Of a stretch of 38,660 bases of DNA, positions 24,066 to 32,503 are shown in pieces. Position numbers and translations under genes: made by a program. The notes beneath the pieces were generated by a model that was given only the letters and a program-made list of their open reading frames with translations, had not been told where the DNA came from and made no database searches. Source of the DNA: a virus (Duplodnaviria; Caudoviricetes); the IMG/VR virus record IMGVR_UViG_3300044724_004577, positions 1-38,660 of that record; one strand, given 5' to 3'. Numbering within the stretch: position 1 is the stretch's first letter; each line of letters starts with the position of its first letter.

Positions 24066-26198
24066 ATGCCGTTAACAAAACTACAATTTAGACCCGGCGT
24101 TGTTAAAGATTTGACCTCTTATTCTAACGAGGGGGGTTGGAGAGATAGCGACAAGGTACGGTTCCGGCTTGGGTTTCCTGAAAAGATTGGCGGTTGGGAA
24201 AAATATTCTTCGCAAACTTTTTTAGGTACTTGCCGCGCGTTGCATAATTGGATTGCGCTAGATAGCTCAAATTTTATGGGCCTTGGTACAACAAGTAAAT
24301 ATTATGTTGAACAGGGGGGAGTTTATAACGACATTACCCCTATACGCGAAACAACCGCCGCAGGGGATGTTACTTTTGGCAAATCACTCACTTTTTCTGC
24401 TATAATTAATGTGTTTGACAGCGCTCATGGAGCAGTATCCGGTGACTCGGTAACTTTTTCTGATGCGGTTAGCTTGGGCGGAAATATAACCGCGGATGTT
24501 TTAAACCAAGAGTATCAAATCTCTACTATATCAAGCGACAGCGAATACACTATAGTCGCAAAAGACCCGGTAACAGGGGACCCTGTACTTGCTGCGGCTT
24601 CCGATGTAGGCAACGGGGGAACTGCAACAGTGGGTGAGTACCAGATAAATTCGGGACTCGACACACAAGTTGGGGGCACAGGTTGGGGCGCAGGTTTTTA
24701 TGGGGGACCTTCGGGGCACACGCCTGCCAGCAGTATTTTGGCAGGCTCTATAAGTCCCGCAAGTCCGTCCATGAATTTAGTAAGTTCTTCGGGATTTCCG
24801 ACTTCTGGTCGTGTTGTCGTAGACAGCGAAATAATTGCTTACACTGGCGTGGCTGGAAATACTCTTAACGGTTTGGACAGGGGCGCATTTGGCACAACGG
24901 CCACCCCCCACACTTCTGGGGCATCGGTAACAGAAGCCACCTACGGGTGGGGCATGCCATCTGACCTTACAACAACTGGGCAAATCAGGTTGTGGTCCCA
25001 TGATAATTTTGGCGAAGACTTACTTATCAACCCACGCGACTCCGGAATTTTTTATTGGGATAAAAGCGAAGGTACAGGTGTCAGAGCGGTTCTTTTAAAA
25101 GATTTTCCTACCGGGGTAAAGACCAGCGTCCCCACTGTATGCAAGCAGGTGTTGGTTTCGGACCGGGATCGCCATGTCATTGCCTTTGGCTGCGATGGGT
25201 TTGGGGCTACATCTAGCGACCCCGAGGGCGACGGTATTCAGGACAATTTGTTAATCCGTTTTTCTAGTCAAGAAAACCCTTTAGATTGGTTCCCGACTAC
25301 CGCAAACACTGCGGGAGATTTAAGGCTTGGGGCAGGATCAACTTTTGTCACGGCTTTAGAAACAAAACGTGAGACGCTGATATTTACCGACACGTCGCTA
25401 ACATCAATGCGGTTTATTGGTCCCCCGTTCACTTTTGGTTTGACACAACTTGCATCAAACATCACGATTGCCGGTCCAAATGCCGCAATAGCTACAGAAG
25501 ATTTTGTGTTCTGGATGGGTATAGATAATTTTTACGTACACGCGGGACAAACCGCTCAACTTCCTTGTACGGTTAAAGATAAAGTATTCACAGACTTTAA
25601 TTTAGGTCAGATAAGCAAGGTTTATGGGGGCGTGAACTCAGAATTTGCGGAGGTAACTTGGTTTTATCCTTCCGCCGATTCTGAAGAAAACAACAAGTAC
25701 GTTAGCTATAATTATTTAGAAAAAGTATGGTATTTTGGCTCCTTGTCTAGAACAGCTTGGCTTGACCGTGGGGTTAGAAACTTCCCAGCGGCTACAAATG
25801 CGAACTATCTTTATAGCCACGAGTTTGGCTACGATGACGACGGCGCGGCAATGAACTCTTTTATAGAATCTTCTGTTATGGACATAGCCGACGGGGACCA
25901 CTTTACATATATACGAAGAGTCATACCGGACTTGACTTTTGTTGGGTCAACGGAAATCTCTTCGCCACAAGCTACTTTTACGTTAAAAGCAAGGAACGAC
26001 CCGGGGTCTAATTTTGATAGCGTCCAGTCGGGGTCTACTGTTAGAACAGCTACGAGTCCGGTAGAACAGTTTACTGGAGAGTTAGATTTACGGGTTCGGG
26101 GTAGATCTTTTGCTTTAAGAGTGGAATCTAACGCGCTTGGGTCAAAGTGGAGGCTGGGAAGCCCCCGCGTTGACATGCGCCCGGATGGTAGACGGTAA
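24066..26198 (+). CDS. Putative tail nozzle / packaged-DNA stabilisation protein (P22 gp10-like)
   Basis: 710 aa, beta-propeller-like (LLIRFSSQE, VFWMG, EVTWFYPS, RTAWLD); sits just before the ejection genes. Confidence 0.75.
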   Translation: MPLTKLQFRPGVVKDLTSYSNEGGWRDSDKVRFRLGFPEKIGGWEKYSSQTFLGTCRALHNWIALDSSNFMGLGTTSKYYVEQGGVYNDITPIRETTAAGDVTFGKSLTFSAIINVFDSAHGAVSGDSVTFSDAVSLGGNITADVLNQEYQISTISSDSEYTIVAKDPVTGDPVLAAASDVGNGGTATVGEYQINSGLDTQVGGTGWGAGFYGGPSGHTPASSILAGSISPASPSMNLVSSSGFPTSGRVVVDSEIIAYTGVAGNTLNGLDRGAFGTTATPHTSGASVTEATYGWGMPSDLTTTGQIRLWSHDNFGEDLLINPRDSGIFYWDKSEGTGVRAVLLKDFPTGVKTSVPTVCKQVLVSDRDRHVIAFGCDGFGATSSDPEGDGIQDNLLIRFSSQENPLDWFPTTANTAGDLRLGAGSTFVTALETKRETLIFTDTSLTSMRFIGPPFTFGLTQLASNITIAGPNAAIATEDFVFWMGIDNFYVHAGQTAQLPCTVKDKVFTDFNLGQISKVYGGVNSEFAEVTWFYPSADSEENNKYVSYNYLEKVWYFGSLSRTAWLDRGVRNFPAATNANYLYSHEFGYDDDGAAMNSFIESSVMDIADGDHFTYIRRVIPDLTFVGSTEISSPQATFTLKARNDPGSNFDSVQSGSTVRTATSPVEQFTGELDLRVRGRSFALRVESNALGSKWRLGSPRVDMRPDGRR

Positions 26199-26429
26199 AT
26201 GGCAAGTGTTGAAATACCCGCCCCGAGGCTTCCGGACCCAACGGGGGAATACGACCCAGCGTATATGCACGACTTAATCCGTACACTCCAATTGTTTATA
26301 GAACAGGAGCGAAACCCGGGGGAGTTAAGGGCTACGAAAATTACTCTAACAAGCCTTCCAACCAGCCCGACGGGTTTAGAAACAGGGACGGTTTGGAATG
26401 ACGCGGGAACCGTGAAGATAGTACTCTGA
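26199..26429 (+). CDS. Small tail-associated hypothetical protein
   Basis: Abuts the previous stop; LPTSPTGLETGTVWNDAGTVKI C-terminus. Confidence 0.75.
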   Translation: MASVEIPAPRLPDPTGEYDPAYMHDLIRTLQLFIEQERNPGELRATKITLTSLPTSPTGLETGTVWNDAGTVKIVL

Positions 26430-26432
26430 AGA

Positions 26433-26461
26433 TAGACGGGTTGAAAAAAAACATGTATAGT
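26433..26461 (+). promoter_or_regulatory. Putative sigma70-type promoter for the internal virion protein genes
   Basis: TAGACG-N17-TATAGT in an intergenic gap. Confidence 0.6.
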
Positions 26462-26493
26462 AACAAAACATCTAAACAATAGGGGCTGTTATA

Positions 26494-28239
26494 ATGGCAC
26501 AGGCAGCAGAAAAAGTTCTTGAGTTTCCCGCAGGTGGTATAGCCGACTTCTACATGGAAGACGACGATATCGCGGCAATGGAGCAGGAAGAAGCTAAGAA
26601 AGCCTTCGGAGACAGCGGAATTGCGAACTTTTCCGATGTCGCTAGCCGCATGGCCTCTTACGGTCGGGGTGGGGACGACACAATAGCGCACGTTGCTACT
26701 GGTGAAATTGTCATTCCATTGCCTTTGATTGAAAACAACCCTGAGATGAAATCGTCCATATTCAAGCATTTAGAAGAGCTTGGGATAGAGGACCCTGAAC
26801 AGTATGTAGTGGGTTCAAGCGCCAATTCAATTAACCCGCAAACGGGCTTGAGAGAGTTTAGTTGGCTATCAAAGCAGGTTAGAAAAGTCACACGAGGGGT
26901 TAAAAAAGTTGGTAAGTCTGTTGTAAAGCTTGTTAAAAAAGCTGCTCCAATAGTGCTACCGTTTATTTTAGGTCCTCTTGTAGGTCCGCTATATGCTGGT
27001 GCATTGGGTGCAGGTATTGGCACATTAATACAAGGCGGTAACTTAAAGGATGCCTTTCAAGCGGCCTTGATGGGTGGCGCTATCGGTGGCGCAACTGCGG
27101 CTATCAGTGGCGGCATGGCAGCAGCCGCGACTCCGGGAGGCTCGTTTTCCCAAGGCGCTATGTCGGGGATTAAGAATGCCGCTAAGTTGTCTAACTTTAG
27201 CGATTTAGGGGCTAAATTTAGCGCCGCTTATGGTTCGGGCTATACAGGGGGTGCCAAGGGAGCCCTTAATGCAGAGGCTAATAGCGCGGCGACAACTTCT
27301 ACCGCCCCGGCAGATGTTGTTGCTCTAGACACAGACATAAGTGCAAACTTAGCCACAACTCCAGACATGCCTTCCCTTTATGGCCCTGATCCAATGGCTA
27401 TGGGATCTACCGGGGATATAGGGGATACGTCTGCCATGTTTACTTCGGGTGTTCCAACACCAGACGCTTCTAGCCTAAATCTGTCTACTTCAACCACGCC
27501 TTCTAGTTTCATGGATACCGCTAAAGGTTACTACGACACTGCTACTGATTATCTTTTCCGTGCGGGTCAAAGCCCAGAGGCTGTTGCTGGCGCTCAAACC
27601 GCGGCAGAACAAAAAGCTATTCAAAACACCTTGTTAAAGTATGGGCATCAAGGGCCGCTCACCACCGCCTCTCCTACCATAGCTTCTAAGGCTATAGCCG
27701 CTGGCGAGGCCGCAGCAGCCGCGGCGGGACCCGGCATAGTGGCGACCTACGGCCCATCTTTAGCTTTGGCTGGTGGGGCCGCTTATTTAGGGGGCGCCTT
27801 TACAGCACCCGAAGTTGAAGAGGAAGACCTTGGGCCAACAGGGGAAGACTTACGGAGGATGTACCCCGGAAAATACGGGTTCAGCAACCAAGAAGCACCG
27901 CGCCGCTCAAACCAACCAACTTATGTCGAGTCTAGTTTCAGGCCCGACCCCCGGTTTATGTATCCCGAAGTTAGACGTGGGAACCCGTTCTACAACCCGG
28001 ATTCAGTTTATCAAAGACGTGCAGAAGGCGGGGAGATTTTCCCACGCCGTACAGGGGGGATTATGCCCGACGAAGGTATTCCCGGAAGAGATAGCGTACG
28101 CGCAATGTTAATGCCGGGTGAATTTGTTATGACAACAGATGCAGTCAAAGGTCTTGGTAACGGAAACAACCAGCAAGGAATCCAAAACATGTATCAGATG
28201 ATGCGTGGCCTTGAGGCTAAGGGAAAGGCAATGGCGTAA
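26494..28239 (+). CDS. Putative internal virion / ejection protein
   Basis: A/G-rich hydrophobic glycine-zipper segments; GG...D..A....GE.V modules at both ends. Confidence 0.75.
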   Translation: MAQAAEKVLEFPAGGIADFYMEDDDIAAMEQEEAKKAFGDSGIANFSDVASRMASYGRGGDDTIAHVATGEIVIPLPLIENNPEMKSSIFKHLEELGIEDPEQYVVGSSANSINPQTGLREFSWLSKQVRKVTRGVKKVGKSVVKLVKKAAPIVLPFILGPLVGPLYAGALGAGIGTLIQGGNLKDAFQAALMGGAIGGATAAISGGMAAAATPGGSFSQGAMSGIKNAAKLSNFSDLGAKFSAAYGSGYTGGAKGALNAEANSAATTSTAPADVVALDTDISANLATTPDMPSLYGPDPMAMGSTGDIGDTSAMFTSGVPTPDASSLNLSTSTTPSSFMDTAKGYYDTATDYLFRAGQSPEAVAGAQTAAEQKAIQNTLLKYGHQGPLTTASPTIASKAIAAGEAAAAAAGPGIVATYGPSLALAGGAAYLGGAFTAPEVEEEDLGPTGEDLRRMYPGKYGFSNQEAPRRSNQPTYVESSFRPDPRFMYPEVRRGNPFYNPDSVYQRRAEGGEIFPRRTGGIMPDEGIPGRDSVRAMLMPGEFVMTTDAVKGLGNGNNQQGIQNMYQMMRGLEAKGKAMA

Positions 28240-29063
28240 TGGCTACAGAAACTCAAATTGTAAGAGAAGGTCCAGAGGTTGAAGCCTATAAATTAGCCCT
28301 CTTAGAAGAAGCTAAGAAACTGGCAGAACAGCCTATTGATTTACCGGCTCAACAAATTGCAGAAATGTCCGCCTTACAAACTGGGGCTATGGAAGCTGCC
28401 GCTCCTTCAGCGGAAGGAATTGGTGGGTATCAGCCGTATTTAGAGCAAGCCGGTTACTCGGTGGGGGATGCGGGTGCCGCTTTAGACCCAAACAACATCA
28501 GCACCTTTATGAATCCGTACCAAGATGCAATACAGGCGGAAATAGTTCGGGCGTATCAGCCTCAGTTTAACCAAGCTTCTGCCACAGCAATAGGTGCCGG
28601 GGCTTTTGGTGGAAGCCGTGCAGCTATTCAAAACTCGGAAGTACAGCGCAACATGGCAAGTGCTTTAGCCCAGTCTCAAGCACAAAACTTTTTACAGGCG
28701 CAGAAAGCGCAACTTGATCAAGCGGACGCACTTGGAACACTGGGGCTTCGGCAAGCGGCTCTGGGGGAACAGGCGCAAAATCAGGCGCTTACAGATATTA
28801 CGGCGCAATATGAGTTTGGCAAGCAGCAACAAGCGTTTGATCAAGCTGGGTTAGAAGCTAAACGTCAAAGCGATTTAGCTCAACTCTACGAGCCTTACCA
28901 AAGATACGGGTTTCTTTCTGACATTTATAAAGGAGCTCCGACTAGTCAAATGAGTCTTACGTCGTCTACCGCCCCTAGCGTATCGCCGTTTCAACAGTAT
29001 TTAGGGATGGGTATTGGTGCATTGTCCGCATATGGTGGGGCACAGAAAGCAGGGTTATTCTAG
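28239..29063 (+). CDS. Putative DNA ejection/transfer protein
   Basis: Q/A-rich helical; FMNPYQ, GAFGGSR, hydrophobic Gly-rich C-terminus. Confidence 0.75.
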   Translation: MATETQIVREGPEVEAYKLALLEEAKKLAEQPIDLPAQQIAEMSALQTGAMEAAAPSAEGIGGYQPYLEQAGYSVGDAGAALDPNNISTFMNPYQDAIQAEIVRAYQPQFNQASATAIGAGAFGGSRAAIQNSEVQRNMASALAQSQAQNFLQAQKAQLDQADALGTLGLRQAALGEQAQNQALTDITAQYEFGKQQQAFDQAGLEAKRQSDLAQLYEPYQRYGFLSDIYKGAPTSQMSLTSSTAPSVSPFQQYLGMGIGALSAYGGAQKAGLF

Positions 29064-29065
29064 TG

Positions 29066-32000
29066 ATGAACAGAAATATTATGCAAAGACAGATGTTTGC
29101 AAAAGGTGGGGCCGCTTTTCCTGATTTAAGTGGAGACGGCCGGGTTACTCGTAAGGATATCCTGATGGGCCGCGGTGTTCCCATGCAAGAAGGCGGTGAT
29201 CCGCAGATGGCTCAACTCCAAGCGCAAGCTGATGCGATGGGTATTACTTTACGAGAGCTTCTTGCAATAATGACAAACGATAGTATTTTTCAATCAGAAG
29301 CCGCTAGGCGTGAACTAAAAGGTATTGGTGAAGCTATGGGCGCGAGCACCGCTATGATGGCCGCTCCAATGCCCCAAGGGCCTCCAGAAGCTGCTCGTTT
29401 GGGTATTTCAAAAGAGCAACGGTTAGAGCTTCTAAATCAGCAACAAGCTTCTGCTCTTAACGCACTCCGGGAAAATCCTCGTATGCCCGTTGCTGAACAG
29501 GGAAACCTTGCAAGACTTGGGCCGGGTGAACGCATAGTAAGCGTCGAAGACGGGTCGGTTATAGCTTCAGGCATTCCTGTTATGGAGTTTAACCGCTTAT
29601 CACAAGCTGATCAAGAAAGGCTGACGGGGTTGATGCCCTCACAAGAGGGCCCAAAGGGACTTCCTAAACAAGTGTTTGATTCTCTTTCTTCTGAAGTGCA
29701 AAACCAAATACTTGGTATGACGCAAGAACCTGTAGGCATGGCAATGGGCGGAGATCCAGCTATGGCGCAGGGTGTTGGCTCGATGATGCCTCCTCCACCT
29801 GCCATGCCTCCGGCGCAAGGCCCAATGGGTAACGAAGAAGTCATGGACCCCGAAGTTGTAGAAGGTATGCTGATACAGGCTCAAGAAAACATTGGTAATA
29901 TTGATGAAGCAGAAGACTACGAAACAGTAATTAACGCTATCCGTGGTGAAGAGGCTCCTATTTCAGCTAGATACGAAGAGCTTGCCGAAATTGTCGGTGA
30001 GGAAGACGCGGCTCAAACACCCGAATCTGTGTTAACTTTGGTACAACCGGCTATAGTAATGGGTGCGGTTGACCAAGGTATTGGCGGTCTGGCCGCCGAA
30101 GAAATGTCCGAACCTGTTCAAGGCGCTATGGCGCAAGGCATTATGTCAACCGTAGCTCCTCCACCGCAGCCCGCGGCTCCCGGCCCTGAGATGATGGACC
30201 CCGCAATGATGGGGGCTGGACAGCAACCACCCGTAAATTTTAACCAAGGCGGGCTGGTCCGCCGAGGCGACAACCAGCCGGTTCAATACTTCAACCAAGG
30301 CGGGGAAACTCTAGCAGATTTTCAAAAGATGCTGGGCGTAAATGTTACGTCTCCACAAAACTTGTCTCAAGCGTCTTCTCTTGCGGGGACAATACCGGCG
30401 TATGAACCTAACTATGACGAGCGTGTTCTAGCTGCGGCCAAAGGCGCGGAGGCCCGTTATGTAAAAGCAGGGTTAGGGTCTGCCGAATCACGGGCCGCGG
30501 ACCTTGAAGAACAAAAGCGCATGACGCAAGCCCAGATGTTATTTGATATTGCAGGAACTGCTATTGCCTTTGCAGGCCCTATGGAAGGTGAGCGTCGCGG
30601 TATGAGCCCTGCCGAGCGTTTGGCTATGGCTGCTACACAGACAAAGCTATTACCGACTATTGGCGCACGAGCTCAACAGCAGCTTGAGTATAAGCGCGCC
30701 GCGGGCAAAGAAGAGCGGGCACTCAAGCTTGCTGCGGTACAGCGCGGTGAGACACAGGTTGATAAAGAAATAGCTGCGGCGGACGCACTTGCTCTGGTTC
30801 GTGCTAAACCCCAAAAAGCTTCGTTCATAAACGTGCTTGATAAAACAGGAACTAAAAGTCTAGGTTCTTACGACATAAGCACTACCGCGGGGCAGACCGC
30901 GGCAGAGAAGCTTTTGGCTGAAAACGAAGGCTCGTTCTCAACCACCAATATGCCTCGTGAGCCAAAAGATAAAGATGTTGTTCTTTACGACAATAAAACT
31001 GGGGCTCAATCTCCGATATTTAATAAAAATTCTGAAGAAGGCCAAGCGGCTATGGCTGCATGGAAAAAAGCCAATCCTTTAAAAGACGGGGCTTATTTAG
31101 AATTAAAGCCGCCCACAGCGCCTACTCCGAAAGGCCCGATCACCGAAAAAGATTTCTTTGATAAGTTCGGCTTTACTTTTGCATCCTTTGGGGAACTTAG
31201 CCCGGATATGCAAAATTATGTTCGCGGTCTACCCGTTATCACCGACAAAGATTACTTTGCTAAGTACGGCGTAACTAAAGCTGAGTTTAGCGAATTGGAT
31301 CAAAACACCCAAAAGTTTATGATGGGTCTACCTGTTCTTACCGACAAAGACTATATGTCTAAGTACGGTATGCCAAAAGCGGACTTTCTTGCATTGCCAA
31401 CAGAAACTAAAAATCGTCTGGCCCGCGTGGCACCCGACCGCAAAACAGTGGTGGTCGATGGACAAGTTATCGACATCACAGAAGGAAAAACCCCGGTTGC
31501 TATATATGGGGACAAAGACGTTAAAACAATTACTCTGGATGGTGAGGTTCTTAACATTACGGATCCAGAGAACGTCACAGTTATGTACGGCGATAAAACC
31601 CGCGACATTCGCATTGTCAAAGGCCAACTGGTAGAAGTTCCGGAGGATGGTGGAGCTCCTGTTGCCGTCTTCGGTGAGCGCACTCCGAAAACAGGTACTT
31701 TTGAAAATATGATTTTGTCTAGCGGCAAAAATATTCTTGTTAAGAAAGTTGGGGAAACTTTGTACGACAAGACCGGTCAGGTTATTGATTTAAGCGCACC
31801 TCTTTATGAAGACGCTGTTCTGGTCAGTAAAGATAAAGCCTTTTCTGAAGCTAGGTTGGCGGGGAGACAAGCAGAGGCTGCTACTAAGCTTAAACGTCTT
31901 AACCAAGAAATGGGAGATGACACGGTTGCTCGTCAAATTAGTAGCTCAGAAAGCATTTTGGGTATGGCAGGAGGCAGTAATGCTTCTCGCCGTACTTTTG

Positions 32001-32503
32001 ATGCACTTAAAGCGGCTAGAAAAGGCGTTGGTTTCTACAACAAGCTTGGGCAAGTGTTTAGTGAAGTAGGTGGAGCTATAATTCCCGCTTTACGAGATTT
32101 AGCTGCGGACGAAGTTGAGGCAGGAAACTTTATAAATTCTGTAAATATTTTAGGTCGAGTTGCTTTAGCTAACAGCCCACGATTTGCAGAAGCGGAACAA
32201 CAACGTCTGGCAGACTTGTTTCCTAACACAGAGGCTTTCTTAACTAACCCAGAAAATGCCGTTAGAAAATTAATCGGATTAAAACGTCTTATGCAGGCAG
32301 AGTACAGAAACAATCTTTCTGCTTTATCTCGTTCGTCAACCCCGGCTATTCTTCAACAAGCCGAACAACAAAACTTTGCTATTGAAGGTGTTTTGAAAAT
32401 GCTTGAGACTATACCTGACCGAGGTTTTGTAGCTGATGAAGACTTTATGTCTGCATATAAAGAAGTTGAAAGAAGAATGAAAGCAAGAAAGGCGGCACAG
32501 TAA
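29066..32503 (+). CDS. Large putative internal virion protein with internal repeats
   Basis: About 1145 aa (ATG 29066 or GTG 29063); five GG motifs, an EF-hand-like loop, 33-aa and about 27-aa repeat blocks. Confidence 0.8.
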   Translation: MNRNIMQRQMFAKGGAAFPDLSGDGRVTRKDILMGRGVPMQEGGDPQMAQLQAQADAMGITLRELLAIMTNDSIFQSEAARRELKGIGEAMGASTAMMAAPMPQGPPEAARLGISKEQRLELLNQQQASALNALRENPRMPVAEQGNLARLGPGERIVSVEDGSVIASGIPVMEFNRLSQADQERLTGLMPSQEGPKGLPKQVFDSLSSEVQNQILGMTQEPVGMAMGGDPAMAQGVGSMMPPPPAMPPAQGPMGNEEVMDPEVVEGMLIQAQENIGNIDEAEDYETVINAIRGEEAPISARYEELAEIVGEEDAAQTPESVLTLVQPAIVMGAVDQGIGGLAAEEMSEPVQGAMAQGIMSTVAPPPQPAAPGPEMMDPAMMGAGQQPPVNFNQGGLVRRGDNQPVQYFNQGGETLADFQKMLGVNVTSPQNLSQASSLAGTIPAYEPNYDERVLAAAKGAEARYVKAGLGSAESRAADLEEQKRMTQAQMLFDIAGTAIAFAGPMEGERRGMSPAERLAMAATQTKLLPTIGARAQQQLEYKRAAGKEERALKLAAVQRGETQVDKEIAAADALALVRAKPQKASFINVLDKTGTKSLGSYDISTTAGQTAAEKLLAENEGSFSTTNMPREPKDKDVVLYDNKTGAQSPIFNKNSEEGQAAMAAWKKANPLKDGAYLELKPPTAPTPKGPITEKDFFDKFGFTFASFGELSPDMQNYVRGLPVITDKDYFAKYGVTKAEFSELDQNTQKFMMGLPVLTDKDYMSKYGMPKADFLALPTETKNRLARVAPDRKTVVVDGQVIDITEGKTPVAIYGDKDVKTITLDGEVLNITDPENVTVMYGDKTRDIRIVKGQLVEVPEDGGAPVAVFGERTPKTGTFENMILSSGKNILVKKVGETLYDKTGQVIDLSAPLYEDAVLVSKDKAFSEARLAGRQAEAATKLKRLNQEMGDDTVARQISSSESILGMAGGSNASRRTFDALKAARKGVGFYNKLGQVFSEVGGAIIPALRDLAADEVEAGNFINSVNILGRVALANSPRFAEAEQQRLADLFPNTEAFLTNPENAVRKLIGLKRLMQAEYRNNLSALSRSSTPAILQQAEQQNFAIEGVLKMLETIPDRGFVADEDFMSAYKEVERRMKARKAAQ

